Positions 13,966 through 26,199 of a stretch of DNA of 64,000 nt are shown here, one piece after another; position 1 is the stretch's first letter, and every line of letters starts with the position of its first letter. A program made the translations under genes and the position numbers. The notes under the pieces are model-generated. The model did no database searches. It worked only from the letters and a program-made list of their open reading frames with translations, and was not told the DNA's origin. Source of the stretch: Mobula hypostoma (lineage: Eukaryota). The stretch covers positions 20,090,001 through 20,154,000 of the forward strand of contig NC_086109.1 of assembly GCF_963921235.1 (NCBI RefSeq). Direction: 5' to 3'.

Positions 13966-14990
13966 ATTATTACTTTGCTTGCCAAACAGACTACTCAGAG
14001 CACAGAAACAGGCCCTTTGGCTCACTCCTATCACTTTTTTGCTCAATGTTACAATTATGTACCTGCATTAGGTCTGTATCCTTTTATGCCTTGCCTATCT
14101 AAATATTTCTTAAAGAAATTCTAACTGACTCCACCACTATATTCTAACAAATTTTGGATATCAACATTGCATAGAAAAGCTTTCCCCTCAATCCTCTTAA
14201 ACATCCTTTCACCTTAACCCCAAGCTCCTTATTTTTGATACGCTTGCTATGGGGGGGGGGGGGAGGAGAGAGAGAGAGAGGAGAAAGAGAGATTCTTACT
14301 GTCTACCATTTCTCTTAAAATTTTCCACACTTATCAAATCACCCCTCAGCCTCCTTTGCTCCAGCAAAGACAAGCCTGGCCTATCCCACTCCTCCATGTT
14401 TAAGGTCACATTCAGTTCTCTACCGATTTAGTTGCTAATAATTTCCTCCAAATATAAAAACTAGCACTTCTCATAAAAAAAACAGCTATTTCTACCTCAA
14501 ACTTGTGAAACTTAGTTCAAATGCTACCATTTACCATCCAAAAGTCAATGAATGTTTCTCAGATCAAGAAAATATAGTTAATCAGTGGAGAAATTTTTAA
14601 ATATGTGACAAGTACCAGTCTGGCTTCACACTAAAGAGAATAGTTGCACAATTATACACAATTTCCAACTGTCCAGCCAATCAACTATTACATTTTGGCA
14701 AAGTTTCGACTGAAAGAGCACAAAATAGCACACAAGATCAACAGGCAAGCTTCCAAAAAAAATTACCAAGTAATTAGTAGCGAGTTTGCCTCTCTAAAAT
14801 TTAAACTGCAACTATTCAAAATGGGTTTGGATTATTCAAGCAAATCTACTGATTTGAAAAATTGATGCATCATTTATTCTACCATTAGAGCACTGAAATT
14901 TGAAGTTATTCATGAAGCCTTCACCTATACTCTCAAAACAAAAACTGCAAGAGAAGACAGTCAGTAGAGAAAACTGAACATAGTTTTAAT

Positions 14991-15833
14991 ATCCCTCCTC
15001 ACTGATCTCCCTCCTGGCACTTATCCGTGTAAGTGGAACAAGTGCTACACATGCCCTTACACTTCCTCCCTTACCATCATTCAGGGCCCCAAACAGTCCT
15101 TCCAGGTGAGGCAATACTTCACCTGTGAGCCGGCTGGGGTGATATACTGCGTCCGGTGCTCCCGATGTGGCCTTTTATATATTGGCGAGACCCGACGCAG
15201 ACTGGGAGACCGCTTTGCTGAACATCTACGCTCTGTCCGCCAGAGAAAGCAGGATCTCCCAGTGGCCACACATTTTAATTCCACATCCCATTCCCATTCT
15301 GACATGTCTATCCACGGCCTCCTCTACTGTAAAGATGAAGCCACACTCAGGTTGGAGGAACAACACCTTATATTCCGTCTGGGTAGCCTCCAACCTGATG
15401 GCATGAACATCAACTTCTCTAACTTCCGCTAATGCCCCACCTCCCCCTCGTACCCCATCTGTTACTTATTTTTATACACACATTCTTTCTCTCACTCTCC
15501 TTTTTCTCCCTCTGTCCCTCTGAATATACCCCTTGCCCATCCTCTGGGTCCCCCCCCCCTCCCCGTCTTTCTTCCCGGACCTCCTGTCCCATGATCCTCT
15601 TGTATCCCTTTTGCCTATCACCTGTCCAGCTCTTGGCTCCATCCCTCTCCCTCCTGTCTTCTCCTATCATTTTGGATCTCCCCCTCCCCCTCCCCCTCCA
15701 ACTTTCAAATCCCTTACTCACTCTTCCTTCAGTTAGTCCTGACGAAGGGTCTCAGCCTGAAACGTCAACTGCACCTTTTCCTAGAGATGCTGCCTGGCCT
15801 GCTGCGATCACCAGCAACTTTGATGTGTGTTGC
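14991..15833 (+). mobile_element. Young 5'-truncated Penelope-like element: GIY-YIG endonuclease C-terminus plus terminal repeat
   Basis: ORF 15106..15432 FTC..AGVIYCVRCSRCGLLYIGETRRRLGDRFAEHLRSV...LEEQHLIFRLGSLQPDGMN; probable TSD CATAGTTTTAAT (14979-14990) / CATAGTTTAAAT (15834-15845). Confidence 0.92.
15734..15771 (+). ncRNA. Minimal type-I hammerhead ribozyme motif in a PLE terminal repeat
   Basis: AGTC-CTGACGA-A-GGGTCTCAGCCT-GAAA-CGTC-AACT: CUGANGA and GAAA cores, stem II, GUC cleavage triplet, palindromic ACGT stem III. Confidence 0.75.
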
Positions 15834-16788
15834 CATAGTTTAAATTGAACCGATTTCAACAGTACTGCAAAGGGTTATCTATCCAAACCAAGGATTTCTT
15901 AAAAAATAGAACATCATGCAATTCAAACATTATACTTAAAAGTGAAGCCAACTTTACAATAGTTACACTTTCCAAAGTAATAACACTAATGTCAGCATTA
16001 GAAAAATTATGATGTTTCTCAGTTTCAGATTCTAAGAAACTGAGAACTTTATAGTCAAGATAATTAAAATTGTATCAGTTTCATAGGATTCTCATTTTTC
16101 TACTTCAGGGAAAGCAATTCATTCTTGGCAACATTCCACTTGTTTTAAGATTCTATTTAGGTTCAGTTTCAGTCCAAGTATAAAGATTTACAAGCTTTGA
16201 TAAATGTTACTGCCACAGTAAGCTTGCAGATAACTTCAATACTGCAGACACAAACATTTTCCAATGTGATTCCTGTCAACTTGATAGAGTTCACAGAACA
16301 GAAACCAACTTCCCCACAGTTCAGCATTTCAAAATAACTACAGGAAAGAAAATTACACAGTATCCAACTAAATCAGCAGATAAAGCTTCACTGTCATTCC
16401 TACTCAACCCTGATATACAGTTCCCTTTTAAAAGCACTGTTTTAGTGGGACTCTTAAAAAAAACGTTAGAGGATTGAAGGATAAATTCAATTAATTTACA
16501 AATTTGAACAGTTTTCTCAAATATGGCTATTTAATGTGCTGGAAAACATGAACATGAAAAGCAAAACAAGTCATCAGAAACTCATTTTCATTTAAAAGGT
16601 TTGGCGGTTGCAACATGGCCCACTAAAAAGAAAAGGCCATGATACAAATACAACTGATTTTAATGGTATCCTTGAATACGTTACACCAGGGAGGGGAAAA
16701 TATAACTTCAGAACCTGGCATGCTTACTGCTGCAAGCAAAGACAAATGGGCACAGTTCCAAAAATAAATTAAAATGCTTGCTAAAATA

Positions 16789-17302
16789 CAGGGTGGCCAC
16801 TTTATTGGGTACACCTGCTCATTAATGCAAATAGCCAACCAGTCAATCATGTAGCAGCAACTCAATATGCAAAAGCATGCTGACATGGTCAAGTAGTTCA
16901 CTAATTTTTCAGACCAAACATCAGAATGAGCAGAAATGTGATCCAAGTGACTTTGACCACAAAATGATTGCTGGTGCCAGATGGGGTGGTTTAAGTATCT
17001 CAGAAACTGTTGATCTCCTGAGATTTTCATACACAACAGTTTCTAGAGCTTACAGAGAAAAACAAAAAACATCCAGTCAGTGGCAGTTTTGTGGGCGACA
17101 GTGCCTTCATAATGAAAGGTTAGAGGAGACTGGCCAGATTGGTTCAAGCTGGCAGCAAGGTGACATTAACTTTAAAAATCATTCATTTCAACAGTGAAAC
17201 AGCATATCTGAACATTCAACATATTAAACATTGGAGTGGATGGGCTCCAACAGCATTAGACCTCTCCAATTCCACTTCTGTACTTAGAGTGGCCACTAAG
17301 TT
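16789..17302 (+). mobile_element. Internally deleted Tc1-like transposon
   Basis: Left end TA|CAGGGTGGCCACTTTATT and right end AGAGTGGCCACTAAG; HTH-like SDFDHKMIAGARWGGLSISETVDLLRFSYTTVSRAYRE. Confidence 0.85.
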
Positions 17303-20300
17303 GCGGTTGAATGTTGATATGAATGCAGGTCACAAAAATTTGCTCCATGTTCACTTAGCATGCAGTAAGCCACCATTTTAACTAACCCATCAATAAACCT
17401 TTATGGTGTATAAATATCAATAACTTCCTCATTGTATCAAATGGAGGAGGCCACTAATTTGTAAATTCAACCTGTAACGATATCACTTATCTAGGTTACT
17501 TGTTCCAGCAATCCACCTGTAACTGCACAAACTGAAAGGTTTGGCAAAAATAAGGTGGGAGATACTTTGCTGTACCATAAATCTACAACAGATATACTTG
17601 TAAACCAAACAGTACAGAGGGGATCTGGAACCTAAGCCTAGATTAAGGAAGCTTGTTCCAAAGCCCTGAAGAAAAGCACTGGAAAAATCCACATTAGGCA
17701 GCATCTCACTACATGGAGGACTTTGCATCAGAACTGAACATCTCTGACTTAAGTTGCTGAATTCAATCGCTACTGCCCAATATGTTGGGCATTCTTAGCA
17801 TGCATACAGCTTGATTTTTAGCAACTACTGCATCTCCCAGTTATAGAAATTAATCTGGTGTCATCCGACCCAACTCTCATCTGCCATTGCCTTCATTTAT
17901 ATTAACTAAACAGGAACAGAACCCCAACTTGGGCTTTCACCCTTTCAAAGATATTCCATTAGTTCCCTCCACCCTCATTGCAGTTTAAAAAAAAGTTGTT
18001 TCTTGTTTTGCCAAGTTTTAATGAAGAGTCAGTGACCTAACATATTACTTCTATTCCTGTTCACAGATGGTATGTCCAGATTACATGCATTTTCATATTT
18101 TCAATTATTCCTACACTCACCTTCACACTATCCAAAATAAACAAATAAAGAGAAAAATAAGCACCGGAAACAAAATCTGGTATAAAATGCCATTAGAGAG
18201 TCCTCTAACATTCACTGAGAGAAGGTGTTAATTTATTAGGTTGTGACTAAACTGAAAATACCATTCTTCATAAACGTTGCCTGAGCCAAGTAGTTCAAAA
18301 AGATCTCATTTGGCCTTCAGTCTTAAGAATCATAATCTACATCAACAAACACAATTTAAATGTTCTTACTGTTGGAAGGATGTTGGTGCTTGCAAACTGA
18401 CTTTCAAATCTCAATGCTTCACATGTTGGGCATCAGTCTTAGCACAAAGTAAATGGAAGTTCTTTTATGGCTCATAAACCATAGTTCCGTGTTCAGAATG
18501 AAATGCACATTTTCTTCCCTATTTTATATTTAGAACCCTCAAGAAAAATAAACAAGGGCAATAAGGGAAAAACAATAATATATCAGTCATTGTGAGCCAA
18601 TTCATTGTCTAACTGTACTTAGCCTGTAGTAGTCAGTTTTTGAACAGTTCCGATCACCTGTTTCAGTTTTAATACAATTTTATGAAATGGTTGTACTCCG
18701 ACTTCATAATTACTGCACGGTAATACTTAGTTGATAGAAGGTTGGCTGAACATTGCATGCTAAGCAGTCAGTGACCACAAGGCATAGGAGCAGAATTAGG
18801 CCATTCAGCCTGCTCTGGGGATTAGCTAGGTAGGGGGACAACTTTGGAAAAAAAATAACAATGGAGATGCAAATAGAGTGCAAAGAATCAAGATGGCATA
18901 GGATTCTAGAACTCATGAGCAAAAGCCCTTTAAGGAGGCATTTGATATGATGTATATCACTACATGGGTAAAGTTTTAGGGAGGGAACAGATATGGAGAA
19001 GGAGGAATTGTCAACATCTGGGTCAAAGCCTTGGGAAGAAAGTCCAGATCTTCCAAATAGATGGCTCCAAAAACCAATATATTGCAACTGTAAAGCTCAG
19101 TAAAAACTCAAAAGATTTGTATTAAAGACATGTATCAGTTTGCAGATTTAACCAGCTAAAATACAAGAACTAATGCCACACAAGTGCACAAAAAGGAACC
19201 CCACTCCAAAAAAAAAAAATCTACTTGAGTTCATTCACCTGGTTGCCAGCATCCTGGAAATGGACAAATTATTACACAATCAAGTTTCTGGAATTAGGCA
19301 AATCAGAATTTGTATTGACCCAAGGTGCTAGAGCTCCCTGGAGAGATAATAACCAGAATAAAAAGGAAGGAGGAAATGGCAGATATTGGCCAATAAGTTA
19401 GGTAGAATGAGAAGGGTTGAAGTTAAACATAGATAGGGAGGGGCAGGGATGGAGACAGAGGCAGGTAAATGGAAGGTGGAAGCAGGAAAAAAAAGCAGAC
19501 GAAGCCAGGGAGCAAGGGTATGAAGAGGTAAGATTCAGTGGTTAAGTGTATAGAGTCAGGAGCGGAAGGACTGAAGGTGGATTGGAAGGAAAATGTGCAG
19601 GTTAAAGAAAAAACAAAACAAAAGGTTATATCAAATTGTAATATTCACTGTTGTCAACTACACGGGCAGAATGGAGCATTTTTCCTCTGGTTTGCACAAG
19701 ATCTAACCCTAGCAGCAAAGGTATCCAAGGATGGGTAAGTCTCAGTGCAAGAATGGAAGGAAAATTTCAGTAACATGCTGCAAAGTGTGGGCTCTCTAGA
19801 AACTGGTTGATTAGTCTGTGCTTTACTTGCCAATGTACAACAGAACATCAGAAGCACCTTTGCATCATCTCTAATGGCCAATTAGATCCCTGGAATGTGG
19901 CAAAGGAAGGGATCCAAGGACAAATACTGTACCCTCCTCAGGGGTCAGATATGAGCAGACCAGGAATTCTATGGGTCCTGCAGATGTGGGTGAGAAGATG
20001 CAGCTAGTAGTGGGATCAAATTGCAGCTCACAGTGATAAAAGGTTTATGCAGAGGCTAGGAGGATGCAATGAATCTGAATCAAGACCTTGCATCAGGATT
20101 GAGTGGAGAAGACAAGACAGCTCATGTAGCAAAGGGGAGTGATGGGACAGGTGCCATTAGATTCGGGGGGGGTCACCACTCTTTGGTGGTGAAGAATGAT
20201 GGGAAGCCAGGTGATTTCTCTCCTCCCCACACCCCGATGCTGCTTGACCCATTGATGTTCACCGATTATTCCAAATTTCAACACCTGCAGTCATATATCT

Positions 20301-20533
20301 ACATTGGACTAGGATTTGGTTGACATCTATTCTTTGGTCAGAATGAAGATGCTAAACTAAACCGTCAACTTTACCCTTAGTTGTGAATGCCTTCAGATTC
20401 AAAATTTTAATCTACCCAAATCATTTTATGCAGCAAGGTATTGCCTACTCTATCTGACAAAAACAAAACTATCTTCCTTGAAACTTGTGGACTCATTGTT
20501 GAAATCTACAGCTTCACAGGACTCTTCCTTGGT

Positions 20534-21580
20534 ATAGAAACATAGAAAATAGGTGCAGGAGTAGGCCATTCGGCCCTTCGAGCCTGCACCGCCATTTATT
20601 ATGATCATGGCTGATCATCCAACTCAGAACCCTGCACCAGCCTTCCCTCCATACCCCCTGATCCCCGTAGCCACAAGGGCCACATCTAACTCCCTCTTAA
20701 ATATAGCCAATGAACTGGCCTCAACTGTTTCCTGTGGCAGAGAATTCCACAGATTCACCACTCTCTGTGTGAAGAAGTTTTTCCTAATCTCGGTCCTAAA
20801 AGGCTTCCCCTTTATCCTCAAACTGTGACCCCTCGTTCTGGACTTCCCCAACATCGGGAACAATCTTCCTGCATCCAGCCTGTCCAATCCCTTTAGAATT
20901 TTATACGTTTCAATCAGATCCCCCCTCAATCTTCTAAATTCCAACGAGTACAAGCCCAGTTCATCCAGTCTTTCTTCATATGAAAGTCCTGCCATCCCAG
21001 GAATCAATCTGGTGAACCTTCTTTGTACTCCCTCTATGGCAAGGATGTCTTTCCTCAGATTAGGGGACCAAAACTGCACACAATACTCCAGGTGTGGTCT
21101 CACCAAGGCCTTGTACAACTGCAGTAGTACCTCCCTGCTCCTGTACTCGAATCCTCTCGCTATAAATGCCAGCATACCATTCGCCTTTTTCACCGCCTGC
21201 TGTACCTGCATGCCCACTTTCAATGACTGGTGTATAATGACACCCAGGTCTCGTTGCACCTCCCCTTTTCCTAATCGGCCACCATTCAGATAATAATCTG
21301 TTTTCCTATTTTTGCCACCAAAGTGGATAACTTCACATTTATCCACATTAAATTGCATCTGCCATGAATTTGCCCACTCACCCAACCTATCCAAGTCACT
21401 CTGCATCCTCTTAGCATCCTCCTCACAGCTAACACTGCCACCCAGCTTCGTGTCATCCGCAAACTTGGAGATGCTGCATTTAATTCCCTCATCCAAGTCA
21501 CTAATATATATTGTAAACAACTGGGGTCCCAGCACTGAGCCTTGCAGTACCCCACTAGTCACTGCCTGCCATTCTGAAAA
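20534..21580 (-). mobile_element. Young 5'-truncated CR1 LINE (ORF2 RT C-terminal half, frame open)
   Basis: ORF 20624..21628: SGVLQGSVLGPQLF..YI, KFADDTKL, RPHLEYCVQFWSP; (TTTCTATG)n tail at 20534-20548. Confidence 0.95.
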
Positions 21581-21591
21581 TGTACCAGTCA

Positions 21592-22840
21592 TGGAATTTT
21601 TTGAGGTAATCTCGAATAAGATTGACAAGGGAGAGGCTGTGGATGTTGTGTATTTGGATTTTCAAAAGGCCTTCGATAAGGTGCCACATATGAGGCTGCT
21701 TAATAAGATGAGAGCCCATGGAATTATAGGAAAGATATTGAAGTGGGTGGAGCATTGGCTGATAGGCAGAAAGCAAAGGGTGGGAATAAAGGGATCCTGT
21801 TCTGATTGGTTGCCGGTTACTAGTGGTGTTCCGCAGGGGTCAGTGTTGGGGCCGCTTCTTTTTACGATGTATATCGATGATTTGGATTATGGATTAAATG
21901 GTTTTGTGGCTAAGTTTGCGGATGACACCAAGATAGGTGGAGGAGCAGGAAATGTTGAAGAAACAGAAAGGTTGCAGAGAGACTTAGTCAGTTTAGGAGA
22001 GTGGGCAAAGAAATGGTAGATGAGATACAACGTTGACAAATGTACGGTTGTACATTTCAGAAGAAGAAATAATCAGGCAGATTATTATTTAGATGGGGAG
22101 AAAATTCAAAAATCGGAAGTGCAAAGGGACTTGGGGGTCCTCGTGCAGGATACCCTAAAGGTTAACCACCAAGTTGGATTGGTGGTAAGGAAAGCGAATG
22201 CTATGTTGGCATTCATTTCAAGAGGAATAGTGTATAAGAGTAAGGAGGTGTTGATGGGGCTCTATGGGGCATTAGTGAGACCTCATTTGGAATACTGTGT
22301 GCAGTTTTGGGCCCCCTATCTTAGAAAGGATGTACTGATGTTGGAGAGAGTTCAGGGAAGATTTATGAGGATGATTCCTGGAATGCAGGGGTTAACATAT
22401 GAGCAGCGTTTGTCGGCTCTTGGATTGTATTCATTAGAGTATAGAAGAATGAGAGGGGATCTCATAGAAACATTTCGAATGTTGAAAGGGTTGGACAGAG
22501 TAGATGTGGAAAGGTTGTTTCTCTTGGTGGGTGAGTCCAGGACAAGAGGCCATAGTCTTAGAATTAGAGGGTACCCAGTTAAAACAGAGATGAGGAGAAA
22601 TTTTTTTAGCCAGAGGGTCATGGATTTGTGGAATTTGTTGCCACATACAGCTGTGGAGGCCCGATAATTGAGGGTGTTTAAGGAGGAGATTGACAGGTAT
22701 CTAATTAGCCAGGGTATCAAGGGATATGGGGAAAAAGCCAGAAATTGGAACTAGATGGGTGAATAGTTTAGCTCATGGGGGAGCTGCGGAGCAGACTCGA
22801 TGGGCCGAATGGCCTACTTCTGCTCCTTTGTCTTGTGATC
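21592..22840 (+). mobile_element. Young 5'-truncated CR1 LINE of a second subfamily (one in-frame stop at 22017-22019)
   Basis: VDVVYLDFQKAFDKVPH, SGVPQGSVLGPLLF, KFADDTKIG, RPHLEYCVQFWAP; tail TGTCTTGTGATC. Confidence 0.95.
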
Positions 22841-25800
22841 CATCTGTAATAATAGCTTCTCCTCCCACCCCTTCTGATTTACTGGGCTTGTACTCAAATC
22901 TGCATTTCACAACTGCCACATTCCTCTATCTAGGTTCTTTCTTCCAATGCTGTCACTATCTAACTGCTCCCATTCACACACCAGCTAGATATTATTCACT
23001 GCTTACTCCCATACTCATCGTTGTTTTACCCAAAGATGTCCCCTCACCACTGTCTGCAGCATTATCAGCTTCATTTGACACCTTTCTGACACTGTCTCCA
23101 CCCTGACACATTAACTCTTTCTACCCCCATAGATAAGGCCTGAACTGCAGAGTAGTTCCAGCATTTTTTGTTTGTCCCACCTTTATGTAAGTTACTTTCA
23201 TTTGGGGTAGAATTGCAGCTTCTTCAAAAGTAAAATTCTAGGGGAATACCAAATTAAACTATAGAATTTTCAGTGCTAGTGCAAAGACTCCCTTCATTAC
23301 TCAAGGGTCACAAACACTTTGCATGTTTTTGGACCCATTTATAACTATCCCATATGGGTGGGGTACAGAAAAACAAATAAAGACAGCCCAATGTCACTGT
23401 ATCACTTTCATCATCCCTAAGAAAGCCTTCTACCCATTTAATGGAATACTGCCAGTACAAAACTGTCAACGAGACTCAAAACTCAATATATAGTTTTCAG
23501 CAGACTCAATTTACTTAAAACATTAAAATAGATCTGCATAAAAAGCATGGCAGGCACCAGTTTAAATATCAGAGCCAATGCCACAAAACTGCAGAAAACA
23601 GAATTTCCCCTTCTCCAAAAACAGGAAAGACCATTACTTGGATTCATTCACTTGGCTGCCTGTGTCTTGGAAATGAGTAAAATACTACACACTCGCGTTT
23701 CTCAAACTGAGACAAGATACCACACAGAACTTGTTCTGACCCAAAATCCTGGAGCTCCTTGCATCAAACAGGAGATGATCGCATTGAATTTCCATGAAAT
23801 AGATATCTCATGAGAACTACGAATTTCCTAAGTGAAAGAATATGCAGATACCTTTGAAATTTCTATCGGCCCTTGAACTGCTGACCCGAGTAACTCAGTT
23901 CTGCACCATTCCAGCAGAAAATGTAGCCAACTGACGAAAAGAAATGGATAGTTGAATATGTAAGCAACCTCCAGAGAGCCCAATATTCCAGCCTTAATTT
24001 TACCCCTAAATATTCCAATACTATCTTAAAGAAATATTAAATAATCCATACCGCTTAAATCAAGTACTGCATTTCTTCATTTTAATCAAACTTGTCACAT
24101 GTAGATTTTAAAGTATAATTAAAGGTATACATTATCCCACATTACAGTTCAACTTGAAACAAAAATTGGCCATGCATACAAAACTAATTGATGCAATGTA
24201 CAAAACCAAAGTGGATCTCAAGAATCATAATGCAGATTCAAAATGAAACATGCATAATTTGAAATCCCAGTTAACCAAGTACCCAAGTGAAAATAATTTA
24301 CATAGCTGCAGGGAATGAACAAACAAATGGATTAGACAATGGATCATGCCCCAAGGAGTCAATTTTTAAACATGCACCAAATGAGAACTTAATGTGATAA
24401 TAATTCTATAATTTGGTTGTTACAAGACAGCTTCAGAAATATAGTCAGTTCTTAACAGGGAGACACGGCTTCAGAAGAGGTGTAAAAATGGGTCATGATT
24501 CCAAATATGCAAATCTTAAATTCTAATGCAACATTAACATGCAACCAAACAGTACACAGATTGTTAAAATAATGCTCCATTCTGCTGAAAACTAGTACTA
24601 ATGTTGTTATTGCTCAACTTCCCTTTTCACAATACATAGCAGACAATGTGCCTTAATCTTCTTCTATTCAATAAAGTTATAGCTGCTCCATCCAGCTCCC
24701 ATTCCTCAAGTGCCCAAAACCCATAACCTGTTAGTGGAAGCATTCTTAAGATCAACAATCATATAGAATGTGCCTCCCAGACCCAAAGGGTCATGCCCCT
24801 AATTCCAAGGTCACATTTCTCAGCTAGAAGGAACTGACTGGATAGATGCTGAATGTCCATCATGCTTCTCAGAACCCATAGGGCAACACAGCCTAGGCAT
24901 AAAATAAATCTATGCTACAAATCAATGAGGATTCAAAATTAAGTAGTCAGAAATTTGGGTTTAAAGACTAGCATCCTGTTTAGCCTTAAGCAAGGAACTG
25001 AGTTAGTAACCAAGGAACATAATTCATGCCAGATGAAAACAATGGGTTCAGTTCTCATATATGGCTCCTTTATTTACTATATATTCAGGAGGAAATTAAA
25101 TGCAATCACACAAAGCAGGTATGCCACAACTCTGATACATGACAAAATTACAATACTTCAAGGATAAATGGCAGAATTAGAACTTTAGTTTCCAGTTGCA
25201 ACAGACTGTTACATTGGAAAGATTAAGAAATCTTGAACAACTTAAAAATGTTACATCATGTCAAAGTCATTGACATTACCTACAATGTGTTGAAACTTTC
25301 TTCGTAAGCAGCAAGTCCCATTAAAAAGATTCATGACTAGTCTACTTTTGATAGTGACAAAGTTAAGGATATTAGGAGAGTAATCTTCAAACACGACCAT
25401 TAAATTATTAAATCTTAATAAAGATTTGGCTGACCAGATTAACCAATGCTAACAAAAGGGCTATACTCCATTCCTGGATCCTGCTTCTCAGAGGCTACAT
25501 TACAAGCTCTCTCACCACGCTGACCTGTTTAGTAGCAGTTAAAGAAATTAGGAGCCAAGAATATTTTTGCCACATATGTTGACCACCATCTTTAATAATT
25601 TTTTAGTGGACTGGAAGTTCTAACTTATGTAAATTTAATTTTGAAAAAAGTTGTCATCCAAGTTAAAGGTTACCATTCAAGATAAGCAAGAGTTTTTCAT
25701 ATAACTAGAGTAATTATTTTTTAAATGGGAAAAAAAATCACTATTTTGGAGCAATTTAAATTAAGCACAACCAGAGTAGATCTAGAATTTTCAATGCCAG

Positions 25801-25964
25801 AGTCTGAACACATACCATACATTCATAATAGCTTCTTTGAGTCAGCAAATTCCAAAAAATAAGCATCAATTACCATTTGTAATATCTCAGCTTATGAATG
25901 GGAAAACTTCCTTGTGTAATCCTTGTGATGGAATGTTCAAAGCAACACATTTTAGAGGTACATT

Positions 25965-26160
25965 AAATGCTAAAGGAACTCACCAGTCAGGCAGTATCTA
26001 TGGAGGAAATGGACAGTCAACGTTTCAGGTCAAGACTATCAGGAAATTCATGACCTTGAGTGGTCTCAAATCAAAACATTTTCTCTCCATTGATGCTGCC
26101 TGACCTGCTGAATTCTGAGCATCTTGTGTGTTACTTGAGGTTTCCGGCATCTCCAATGTT
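25965..26160. mobile_element. Inverted pair of PLE terminal-repeat fragments
   Basis: AATGCT..AGGAACTCACCAGTCAGGCAGTATC followed by its reverse complement GATGCTGCCTGACCTGCTGAATTC..GCAT. Confidence 0.7.
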
Positions 26161-26199
26161 TCCAAAGTGTTTAAAAACTATAATATAAAATAATTTCAG

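Noticed and set aside
15419..15848. Low-complexity ORFs on both strands
   Set aside because: They translate the pyrimidine-rich PLE 3' region
21312..22019. 235-aa plus-strand ORF as a novel chimeric gene
   Set aside because: Its N-terminal part is the antisense frame of the neighbouring CR1 reading through the junction; only the part after about 21592 is real RT sequence
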